Positions 39,230-50,664 of a stretch of DNA of 64,000 nucleotides are shown piece after piece. Both the position numbers and the translations under genes were made by a program. The DNA comes from Mobula birostris (lineage: Eukaryota): assembly GCF_030028105.1 (NCBI RefSeq), contig NC_092370.1:143177680-143241679 (forward strand). The letters run 5' to 3'. Positions within the stretch are counted from its first letter, which is position 1. Each line of letters opens with the position of its first letter. The notes beneath the pieces are model-generated. The model searched no databases, was not told where the DNA came from, and saw only the letters and a program-made list of their open reading frames with translations.

Positions 39230-41780
39230 CAGAAGCCCAGGCTTTGAAGCTTGTTCTTTGGCACTGATGGGATGATGGCATTGAACCCCAAGCTGCAATT
39301 AATATGTAGTAGCATACCACAGGTATTACAGATGTCTTGGAGGTCCAAGATCAACTGGAAAGCTGGTAAGTTTACATCTGCAATAGACCTGCTGTAGCAG
39401 TAGGCATATCACAGTGGGTCCAGCTCCTCACTCAGGCAGGAGTTAATTCTAGCCATGATGAACCTCTCAAACCACTTCATCACAGTGGATGTGAGTGCTA
39501 CTGGGCAACAGTTGTTGAGGAAGCTCACACTGCTCTTCTTGGGCACCGTATGATAGATGCCTCTTTGAAGCATTTGGGAATCTCCAACTACAGTAGTGAG
39601 AGGTTGAAGATGGGCTTGAACGCTCCAGTCAGTTGATCGGCACAGGTTTTCAGTACATCCTTCAGGAGCGTGAATGCCAGGACCTGTGACCTTCAATGTA
39701 GAGATTCGTTTTGCCAGATGCTGTGGAGATCCGCATGAGTGTAGTTTTAGTCTCTCTTTCAACACATGCATAAAATGCCTTGAGTTTGAGGAATGAAGCA
39801 CCACAGCCATTTATCTTCAGTTACGCCTTATAGGAGGTAAATGCCATAGCTGCTGTGCATTCCGTTGCGTCTCTTACCTCAAAACAGCTACAACTTCGTA
39901 ACAACAACCTCTTTCTCAATGTTATCATGACCAAGGAGCTGATTATTGACCAGGAGATTGCAACCAGAGGTCCATGAGTCAATTCTCATTGGAAGATCAG
40001 AGGTGGAGAGGGTTAGCCACTTTATATTCTTTGGTGTTATTAATGCTCTTGAATGGAAAATCCTGCAAAAAGTGGTGGATAGAGCCCAGTCCATCATGGG
40101 TAAGGCCTTCCCAACCATTGAGCACATCTACATGAAACACAGTCACAGGAAAGCAGCATCCATCACCAGGGACCTCACCACCAGGACATGCTGTCTTCTC
40201 ACTGCTGCCATCAAGAAATGGGTAAAGGAGTTTCAGGACTCACACCACCAGGTTCAGGAACAGTTACTACCCCTCAACCATCAGGCCCTTGAACCAAAGG
40301 GGATAACTTCACTCAGCTTCACTTGCCTCACCAGTGAAATGTTCACACAACCATTGGACTCACTTTCAAGGACTCTTCATCTCATATTCTCAATATTTAT
40401 TGCTAATTTAGATTATGAAGACACGCAGTCCTCTTTTATTGTCATTTAGTAATGCATGCATTAAGAAATGATACAATATTTCCTCCAGTGTGATATCACA
40501 AAAACACAGGACAGACCAAGACTGAAAAAAACTAACAAAACCACATAATTATAACATATAGTTACAACAGTGCAACAATACCATAACTTGATGAAGAAGT
40601 CCATGAGCACAGTAAAAGTTCAAAGTCTCTCAAATGTCCCACATCTCACGCAGACGGGAGAAGGAAGAAAAACTCTCCCTGCCATACCGACCACTGTCCG
40701 ACTCTTAGTCATCCGAAAACTTCGAGCTCTGATCAGCTCTCCGACACCGAGTACTGAGCGCCATCTCTATCCGAATGATTCGACCTCCTTCTCAGTCGCC
40801 AACAGCAGGCAAAGCCGGGGATTTTGAGGCCTTCCCTCTGAAAGATTCCCGACCGTGCAGTAACGACAGCAGCGAACAAGCGTTTCAGAAATTTTTCCAG
40901 ATGTTCCTCTGTGCTTTCACGTCCCTCTACATTAAATCAGAATTGTCCACGGCCCCTATTTAACGGATACGATATCATTTTTCACCAGAGGGCTGCGCAC
41001 GCGCTCTCCTCCTGCTTTCCTCCTTTTGTATTTGTACAGTTTGTTGTCTGGCTGAACGACCTTTGTGCGGTCTTTCATTGATTCTATTATGGTTATTATC
41101 CTATAGATTTACAGAGAATGCCCTCAAAAATATGATGTAAAACCTAACAGCAGAAATGGCTGTGATGCTTCACACCTAGAAGAGCTCAAAGCCTTTTGTG
41201 AATGCTTTGAAAGGGAGAATAACAATATGCCTGCACAGATTGCCACAGTATCTGGTGACTCTATATTCTGTCTCAAAGGCTGAGGTCAGGACATCCTTCA
41301 GGAGGGTGAACCTGCACAAGACATTAGGTCCCAACGGTGTACCTGGCAAGGTATTGAAAATGGTGTACTGGTTGGAGGGTTTCTTCACTCTCGCTGCCGC
41401 AGCTGGCGGGTCCCACGTACTTCAAAAGGGCATCACTCATACTGCTGCCCATGAGAGCAGGGTTAGTTGCCACAAAGACTATCACCCAGTAGCACTCACA
41501 TTTACTATGTTGAAGTGCTTTGAGAGGTTGGTCATGGCTAGAATTAACTCTTGCCTGAGCAAGGAACTAGACCTTCTTAAACCTGCCTAATGCCACAACA
41601 AGTCTATAGCAGATACAATCGCACTGACTCTCCACTCAACTTTGGAGTACCTGGACAACAGCAATACATACATCAGGCTGTTAAATTTATTGACTACAGC
41701 TTGGTATTCGACACAATCATTCCCTCACTACTAACAAACCAGCTGAGCCTCTGTATCTTCCTCTCCTTGACAAACCTCAT
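39230..41780. mobile_element. Rex1/Babar fragments in both orientations with a nested insert
   Basis: PVALTSTVMKWFERFIMARINSCL (-), PVALTFTMLKCFERLVMARINSCL (+), LQKVVDRAQSI (+). Confidence 0.8.
40409..41015 (-). mobile_element. Second copy of the about 620-bp non-autonomous element
   Basis: Reverse complement aligns with 35639-36260 but lacks the AAGATGGC motif. Confidence 0.8.
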
Positions 41781-42488
41781 CAGGACAGTGTGTTTAGTCT
41801 GATGAGTTATCCCAATTTCCCTTTGTGAAGAAGAGAACAACAGTAATTATGCACCGTCCTCTGGGACATCATCCGTGGCTACAGAGGGTCCAAATGTCTT
41901 GGTCAAGCCAGCAGCAATCTCATTTCATGCCTCTCTCAATAACCTGGGGTATTTCCCATCAGGCCCTGGGGACTTATCCACCTTAATGTTCTTCAAGAGA
42001 CTCAACATCACCTCAGAATGCACATTAGCACATTCCAACAGATCACACTACTCTACTCCTCCTTTGGGAAGTAATGATGCAAAGTACTCATTTAAGACCT
42101 CAGTTAGGTACTACACATTGATGCTCATGTTCCCTCCTTTATTCTTGACTGGTCCTACCCTCGCCCTAGTTATCCTCTCGGTACTTGGGATTCTCTATAA
42201 TCTTACTTGCCAAGGACCAATCATGGATTCTCCTGACTGTCCTATTTCTCATCTTGAGTTTTAAGAAACTCTCCTGAATGTACCTAACAAGTTCTACCCA
42301 GTCTAACTATCCTGCACCAAGGGGATCCCAGCCTATACTGGAAAAGTTGACTCACACATGATGATAACCTATTTTTGTACCTTTCTTTAATCTGTCAGCA
42401 GTCTGTTCCATTAAACAATTATTAAATATTTTAATTGTTAAACAATTGAAATGTCCTGAAATTGAATGCTTTTGTGTCTCCTGTTGTC

Positions 42489-42718
42489 AATTTACATTAA
42501 TTTATACTTCCAATGCCACAAAAATATTCAAAATCCTAACATGTTTAAAGATTGGCTGGGAAAATCTTTTCACTGCTTTCATGACTTTCCTATGGATTCA
42601 CAGCCCAATACGTTCAAGTTTGCATGCAGTACCATCTAATTTTTTAAACAAACCACTGAGTCTTCGTTGCCTTCCATTTTGTGTCAAAAGGAGGTTTAGA
42701 CGTTTGTCACAAGTTTTT
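42489..42718 (-). repeat. Partner of the 230-bp inverted repeat at 35171-35401
   Basis: Direct sequence comparison. Confidence 0.9.
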
Positions 42719-42859
42719 CCCTCATGTTCTCTGTATACTCAACCTTTGCACATTATTTGAACACTGACTCCAGAGTTTTGGCACCAGTTGGAAACACTTG
42801 GTTATGTGTCTGAAAACCTGCATGAAACCAATTTCAATTTTAACAAATTTCAGATTAGG

Positions 42860-43240
42860 GGCTCTTGAAGTGGTTATTGCAATGTTATTACAGGTCAGGG
42901 CGTCAGAGTTCAGAGTTCAATTCTGGTATACTCTGGAAGCAAGTTTGCATGTTCCTTCCCATGCAGGCATGGATTTCCTTTGGGTGCTCCGGTTTCCTCC
43001 CACAGTCTAAAGATATGCTCGTTAGTAGGTTAATTTGTTATTGTAAATTGTTCCGTGATTAGGCTAGGGCAGGGGTTCCCAACCTGGGGTTCACCGACCC
43101 TTTGCTTAATGGTGTTAGTCCATGGCATAAAAAAGGTTGGGAACCCTGGGCTAGGGTTAAGTTGGTGGGTTGCTGGGCAGCACAGCTCAAAGGGCTGGAA
43201 GGACCTATTCCATGCTAAATCTCTAACTAAAATAAATAAA
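42860..43240 (+). mobile_element. HE1/V-SINE-like SINE
   Basis: GAGTTCAATTC box B-like motif, GGGTGCTCCGGTTTCCTCCCACAGTC core, (AAAT)n tail. Similar copy at about 58530-58750. Confidence 0.75.
43070..43148. mobile_element. 79-bp hAT MITE nested in the SINE
   Basis: TIRs CAGGGGTTCCCAACCT and AGGTTGGGAACCCTG; perfect 8-bp TSD GGCTAGGG (43062-43069, 43149-43156). Confidence 0.9.
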
Positions 43241-43369
43241 GTCAAAGTGGGGAGACAAATCACTGGGAATTAACTTCCTTTATAACTCAGGTGAGGAAGA
43301 GATCAGGAACGGAACTGTAAAGTCTACTGAAAAGGTGATTAGCAATATCAAATGAATAAATATTGTTAC

Positions 43370-43507
43370 CTCAGAATCAGTGAAGAAATTATAAAGGAGG
43401 ACATCGTCAAATTCCAGACCTTTAGCTTCATATATAGTCAGAACAAGTGCAAGACTTAACTCCTCTGGGATTGTATCCTTGGCTGCTTCATTCACAACCA
43501 AAATAAC
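43370..43507 (-). CDS. TRANK1: TRANK1 exon, 138 bp, helicase motif V (TIYEAKGLEFDDV)
   Basis: ccttgcAG|GTT ATT ... TCT GAG|GTaaca; 46 codons, phase 0-0. Confidence 0.95.
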
Positions 43508-45509
43508 CTGCAAGGTATAATTTTTGAAATTAAAACAAGAATTGCAAGGTTACCTGTCAATTGAAATAAAAACTTTTACAACCACACAACCTCAATAATG
43601 ATCATTTTTCACAACTCACTTCCCTTGGTAGATTCAACCTTTATACTACATACCTGCTTCAAAGCTCAAGAATATACCATGGCAAAGTAGAATATAAATC
43701 CAGATAGGGAATCTTTCTCTATTCCTAAACACCAACCACCTCAATCCACTTACAGCAAAGATAAAAACAAAGAACACTGGAAATACTCAGCAGGTCAGGT
43801 AGTATCTGGGCAGACAGAAAGGACATTGTTCAGAAATGCTGATGGTTTCTATGGATGCTTCCTTACCTGCTGATTATTACTTACTTTACCTGTATTTCAG
43901 ATCTCTTGACCTGTCAAGATTGCAAATGTGTGTCCTTATGATAAATCTAGACAGCAGAATATGTTTGTGAAAATTGCTCCATGCAGCAGCTTGTGTATAC
44001 CATCAATTGGAACTTGATTGAGATGACTAAGACTATGAGTTTCTGTATAGCCCCTCTTTCAGCTTCTGAACAACAAGATAATTTGACAATTCCAACATAT
44101 TTGGCTATTTTGTTATTTCTTATTGCTTATACTAACCTATGAGATTTTCCTCCAAGTTATTTATCATAAACAACTGAGGTCCTAGCACTGATCCATTAGT
44201 CAAAGACGGCTAATAGGAATTACACCATTAACCTCCATCTCTGTGGCCAAGCCAGTTTGGAATCCAATCTACCAAGTCACTGGGGATCCCACATGCCTTG
44301 ATTTTGGACACTGTTGGTTGCATTCATTGCATACAACCATGGCAGCAAGACAACCCATCAATCAACCACAATGAAACCTGGGCCATATCATGACACTTCA
44401 GTCTCTGGCATGAAAATGAAGACAAGAGGAGGCCACCACCAAAATTAAAACTTAAATCTACATTTGCAGTTAGAACTATACACATTGATCCAATTCATAT
44501 CAAATGGGTTACAAACTCTATTTCATTCTCTACCAAGCTTTCTAATTAATTTTTGGACAACCACAAATACCGAAACTGGCAATATAATTTGATGGCAGTT
44601 GCAAGTTATTTACACCAAATTAAATAAGGCTGAAACTGTCAATTTCTGTGCAAGTTCTACCTGTTTCAACAAGGTCCCATCATTTCCCTCTCCCTATTCT
44701 ATGAGCATTTCAAAGAGAACCACTTCCCCTTGCAATTCCCTGGTCCACTCTTCAATCTTCCCATGAAATTAGGAAGTGCAACACCTGTGCTTTCCATTCT
44801 TCCCTTTTTATCACTCAGGGACCCATAGTCCTATACAGTTAATTTACATGAGGTTTATAAGACAACAATTTAGGTGACAAGGATGAGGAGGCATCAGGTT
44901 GTTTGATCAGTGTGACAGTATGCTAAAACTTCACTGAAAACACTTTTATTTGGGCAAATGATCAGTTGTAGACCATACACTGAGGATATCTGGGGTACAG
45001 CCGTTCCATGCCATGCTGGTGAAGGGATTGGGAGATTAAAGATTTATTCTGCCAAATTAAACTTTTGATTCTGACTTATCTGCAGGTCTCTCAGTCAATG
45101 CTGCAGTATTAACGCAATTAAGCGTTTTCAAGGAATTAACATCAGGTGCTTCCCTAAAGATCATGTTGCAGTTGTGATGATGATGTGTGACTAGGAAGTG
45201 CCTGAATGAATTTCTGACTAACATGATTTGACTCCGAGCTGATTCAAATTTCTCCTAGTTAAACTAGTTTTCAGTTGAATAGTGGTAAGAAAGTCAAAAT
45301 CCAGAGCATTTGCTTTGAATAGATAATTTCTGTTATTATTAGAGTTCGTGAAAACATCGTTTTGATTCTTTTTTGGACTCTGTCAGGAATATAGAAGACG
45401 AATCAAGTACTTTCCCATTTGTGAAAATTCCCTTATAATTTTTACGAAAATGAAAATGGCCATTATTTTAAATCATAGCCAATATGATTTATTTTCAATA
45501 TGCTCACAG

Positions 45510-46323
45510 AAGCTAGAAGAGATGGCACCAGAGGTTTTCGCAGATCTAGGCAACTTCTTCCAGTTTGTCCATGAAACAGCTTATTCTTCTTTTGTTGTCT
45601 CTTTTTTCTTTTCATGGTGGCTGGGGTCTTGTCAGAGCCCATGATCTACAGCTGCAGCTCAAACTATGGTTCTCCATGGGGTGTGGGTTCTCGTTCTTGG
45701 ACTCGCTGTGCGGCCTGGAAGATGAGTGCCTTCGAGGTGCAGCCCACGGACGACCTGGTTCCTCACTGATGTTACTGACTGAAGTGTCACATGATACCGA
45801 AACATTGAGATAGTAGGCGGTGTGCACTGCTGTCGGAAGAAGGGCCCTGCATTCGAGCGATCCTCCCTCTTCCTCTTTTTGATGGTGAGTGCGAGCCTGT
45901 TGATTCTTGAGTCGGACGACTCAGAGAAGCGATGCAGAAGATTGTGACAGCAAAATACTAAGCTGCTGGTCTCCTGCTCTTGCTGTTGCAGGAGCACTCT
46001 CTCTCTTCCTCACTACTGAGAGAGAGCCTGTCTGAGATACCGAAGTGTTGGGAAGGACTGTAGCTTTTGATGGGACTCTGGATCAAGGTCTCTTGCCAGG
46101 CTTTGTGATTGCTTGCATGGTTGGAGGGGAGGTGTTTTGTTTGAACAAGTGGGAGGGGAAGGGTCAATGCTTTTGCTGCTTGTGCATGGGAAGCGAGAGG
46201 ATGGGTTTTGGGGTTCTGATATTTATTTCATTCATTGGGCATTTTTCTGTTTTGTGTATGTCTGCAAAGAGTGAGAATTTCACACTGTATACATTCTCTG
46301 ATATTAAATTTAATCATTGATTG
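45510..46323 (+). mobile_element. Probable non-autonomous retroelement (AGATGGC head, CATTCTCTGATATTAAA end)
   Basis: GC/CpG-richer than its flanks, with the same head/tail architecture as the 35639 element; only one copy in the window. Confidence 0.45.
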
Positions 46324-46374
46324 GTCGGAATAAACCTGGTGACGTAAAATCCATGCACAGATTAAAGTACATAC

Positions 46375-46574
46375 CTGATGAGCTCCAAATTCTATTGGCT
46401 GGGATTTCCGTTTATTTCCTCGAAGCAAAATAGCCAAGTCACTGACACTGCAGGATTCCAGCAGTGAAGGTTTTGGTCCATCAAAGAGCCCAGTGTCTCT
46501 TGGCAAGCGATCAAAGGATTCCGGAAAATAATATTGGAGAAGATCCACCACACCCGAAGCCAAATTCAAAATTC
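46375..46574 (-). CDS. TRANK1: TRANK1 exon, 200 bp (GILNLASGVVDLL...IEFGAHQ)
   Basis: ttttacaaatttAG|GA ATT ... CAT CAG|GTatgt; phase 1 to 0; continues RSHS-G from the previous exon. Confidence 0.95.
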
Positions 46575-47079
46575 CTAAATTTGTAAAAGGAACTTGCATG
46601 AATAGATGCAAAGCACACAAAATTTTACACACATCTCATCACTGCTTTTGCCAGTGTTCTCTAATGGATTGCCAGAAGTGGTTAATTTGGAAACCAGATA
46701 TAGACTCTTCCATTTTTGTGCAATCCTCATATACAGATAGTATATATACACATACAAATTCTATCCACATTGCTCATTTCTTAACTTAAAATTCTACTTG
46801 CGTTAAAAGGGAGATTTTTCATATATTCTTGGTTACAATGGTGGCAGCTGTCATGGTCAGCATTTTTAAAACAACCCCATGATGATCCAAACTTTTAAAG
46901 AACTAATAATATCAGCTTTAAAGTGCACACGCTATTGTAACATAAGAAATACGCCAGCTTGTGCATTATGTCTTAGAAACAGTAATGAGATAAAAAAAAT
47001 TGCCTAATAATGAACAGTGAAAAACAGTTTGCCAGGACACCTTCAGTACATTTCAGGGCAGAAGTCCAATAAAGACAGA

Positions 47080-49338
47080 CTGTATAGTATTATAGAACAT
47101 TACAGTGCTGGACAGGCCATTCAGTCCACATTATTGCACACATACAAATGCCAGTTTATGCTAAATGCCCTCCTCCTCCATATCATCTATATCCCAACAC
47201 CCATCCCACATTCATGTGTCTGTCCAAGAAACTCAAACTCCACTGAACTGCCCGCTTCCACTACTATCCCAATAATCTATTCTAGTCATTTACGACTCTC
47301 TGCATAAAATACTTACCCTTTCACATTGCCTTAGCACTTCCCCCTTTTAACCTTAAAAACATGCTGCCTGTTGCATGGTATTTTTACCCTGGGGAAAATT
47401 CTGACTATTTACCCTACGTCACTTAATTTAAAAATTCTCTATCAGGTCTTCCCCAAGCCTCTAACCCTACCAGTTACGCAGCCTCTTTCAATGAGCTATG
47501 GAGCTGAACCCCAGATCCCTCTGCACCTTAATGCTATTAACTGAAAAATCACTACTAATGATCTCTTGAGCTACCTCTTTTACAACCCTGGGGAGTAGCT
47601 CATCTGGTCCAGGTGACTTATCTACCTTCAGACCCTTCAGCTTTCCAAGCACCTTCTCCTTTGTAATAGCAGCTGCCTTCTCTTCTGGCATACTGCAGTA
47701 ATCTTCTATAGTGAAGACTGACACAAAGTATTTATTAAGTTCCTCCAGCATTTCTTTGTCCCCCTTTACTTCAGTGTCATTTTCAGGTGGTCTGATACTC
47801 ACTCAACCCACTCTTTTACCCTTCATATACCTGAAAAGTCTTTTGTTGTCCTCTGTTGCTATTGGCTGCTTACCTTCATATGTCACCATTCCTCTCCTTT
47901 TTTGCTTTTTTTTTAAAAAAGTTGCCTTCTGTTGGTTTTTACAAGCTTTCCAATCCGCTAGTTTCCCATTGATTTTTGCTATATTATATGCCCTCTCCTT
48001 TACTTTTATGCTGTCTTTGACTTCCTTTATCCACTAGTTTCCTCATCCACCCTTTAGAATACTATTTCTTCTTTAGGATGTATCTATCCTCTGCCTTCTG
48101 AATTACTCCCAGAAACTCCAGCCAATGCTGTTATGCCGTCATCCCTGCTAGTGTCCCCTTCCAATCAACTTTGGCCAGCTCTTCTCTCATGCCTGTGCAA
48201 TACTCTTTACTCCACTGTAACACTGATGTATCTCATTTAGGTTCTCTCTCTCAAACTGCAGGGTGAACTCTATCATATCATGATCACTGCCTTCTAAGCA
48301 TTCTACTCAAATCTGCTTTGATATTTATCAAGATAAGGACCTTGAGGATAGAATCAGACAGCATGGAAGCAGGCTCTTCATACCAACTGAGCAAGTCCCA
48401 TCTGCCCACAGAACTTTAATCTTTCCTATCCATGTGCTTATCTCAATGTTGATGTGTCCACTTCAACCACTATTTCTGGCAGCTCCCTTTGCTTGAAGAA
48501 GCTACCCCTGATATCCCTTTTAAATCTCTTGTTTCTGATCTTAAATCTATGCTCTCATTATTTCTGCTGTATGCTTGGAGTTTGTGTGTTATTCCTGTGA
48601 CCATGTGGCTTCCTTTGAATCCAGGTTATTGAGAAAGACAAAATATGAGATAGTTGGGGCCTTGGCAAAGATCTTTGTGTCCCCTCTAGCCACAGGCACG
48701 GCCCCAGAGGAGTGGCAAGTAGTTAATTTTGTTTCATTATACAAGAAGAGAGAGTAATCCTGGAAACCATAGACCAGTGAACCTCACATCAATAGTAAGG
48801 CTACTAATGGAATCATTCTTAGGTGTAGGATTTATGAGCATTTGGAAAATCACAGCCTAATTAATTAGCATGGTTTTGAGTGAGGCAAGTCACATCTTCA
48901 CTAACTTGCAATATACACAAAATGCTGGAGGAACTTAGCAGGCCAGGCAGCATCTATGGAAAAGAGTACAGTTAACGTTCTGGGCGGAGACTCAGCATTT
49001 TGTTGTGCGTTGCTTGGACTTCCAGCATCTGTTGTTTTTCTCTTGTTTGTGATTGGATCTTTACTAAATTGACTGGGCTTTTCAAAGAGGTAACAAAGAT
49101 GATTGATGAAGGTACAGCTGTGGATGTCATCTACATTGATTTCAGTAAGGCATTTGACTAGGTTCCTCATGGTAGGCTCATCTATAAAATTGATATGCAT
49201 TGCACCACTGGTAACTTGGCCTTTTGGACTCAGAATTGGCTTGCACTTATAAAGCAGAGAGTAGTAGTCAATGGAACCTATTCTGGCTGGAGGTCCGTGA
49301 CTAGAGGCATCCGCAAGGATCCATACTGTGACCTCTGG

Positions 49339-49379
<41 letters not shown>

Positions 49380-50300
49380 TGTGTGTGTCTGTGTGTGTGT
49401 GTGTCTGTGTGTGTGTGTATATATATAAGAAGCTAAAGAATACAGCAATGCATAGATCAGTTGTACATATAGGCAGAGAAATGGCAGATGGCACTTAATC
49501 CAGACAAATGTGAGGTGCTGCACTTCAGGCAAAGCAAATGCAAATGGAGAGTACGCAATTGATAGCAGGATCATTAACAGTGTTAGAGGAATCTTGGGGC
49601 CCCATTCCTTGGTTCCCTGAAAGCAACTGCACAGGTTGATATGGTGATAAATGATGTATATGGCCTGCTTGTCTTTGATTGTCAGTGCATTGAGTTCAGG
49701 AGTCAGGAAGTTACTGTATGTTGCAACTTCATAAAGCTCTGGTTTGGCTGCAGCTGGAACATTAACATTCAATTCTGGTCGCTCCATTATAGGAAGATGT
49801 TCAGACTTCAAAGAGAATGCACAAGAGGTTTACAGTATGCTACCTAGATTAGAGGGCACATGTTATAGGGAAAGGGAGAGATTGGGAAACTTGGGTTGTT
49901 TTCACTGGAGTGGCAAAAGCTGAGGGAAGACTTGACAGAGTGTATAAGATAATGACAGTCATAGCTAGAAAGCTGGTATCTTTTCTTCCCCAGGGTAAAA
50001 ATATCTTTAAGGTGAGAGGGAAAAGTTCAAACCAAATTTGAGGGGCAAGGTATTTTACATCGAGGAGGGAGGATGCCTGGAATGCAGTGCCAGAAATGGT
50101 AGTGGAGGCAAGTACGATAGAGGTCTTTAAGAGACTGCTAGATAGACACATGAATGTGCAGAGCATGGAGGGATATGGATAATGTACAGTCAGATGAATT
50201 AACATGCATAAGCAATTAATTACTAGTTTAGTTAATTAGTAAGGTACATCATTATTGGCTGAAAGGCCAATTCCTGTGCTGTACTGTTCTATGTTCCATC
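47080..50300. mobile_element. CR1 fragments (- 47080-48310, + 48600-50300)
   Basis: LKGLKVDKSPGPD, WLALIKQRVVVNG; boundaries approximate. Confidence 0.75.
49341..49427. repeat. Compound (TG)n/(TC)/(TA)n microsatellite
   Basis: Seen directly. Confidence 0.97.
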
Positions 50301-50664
50301 CTGTATAATCAAATTTCTAACTGTAACAAAGTCAGTCTGCTCCCCTAGCTATAAAATACCATACAGCTATTGCTCTGTCGACCTTCTCCCTCCCTTTCTG
50401 CACAGCTGAGCCACCACAATCTTGGTTCCAGCTGCAATGTGACAATATGAATGCCCTGATGTACCCAACAAGTTACAGCAACACCACATAGACGAATGGT
50501 GACTAGATTTCAATATTATGGCAAGTAGTGTAGAAAGGAGCTTAAAATAAAACTCCATCCTCTCAGTATTGGGGTAGAAACAAAAATCAGCATTTTTATC
50601 CCAAAAGGAACTAAGATTTTATGTGTGCATTTTTAATAATTTAGCAAAAAATTATGTGCATTAC

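Noticed and set aside
48901-49811. His/Thr-rich and Cys/Val-rich ORFs
   Set aside because: They are translations of the (TG)n microsatellite within a CR1.
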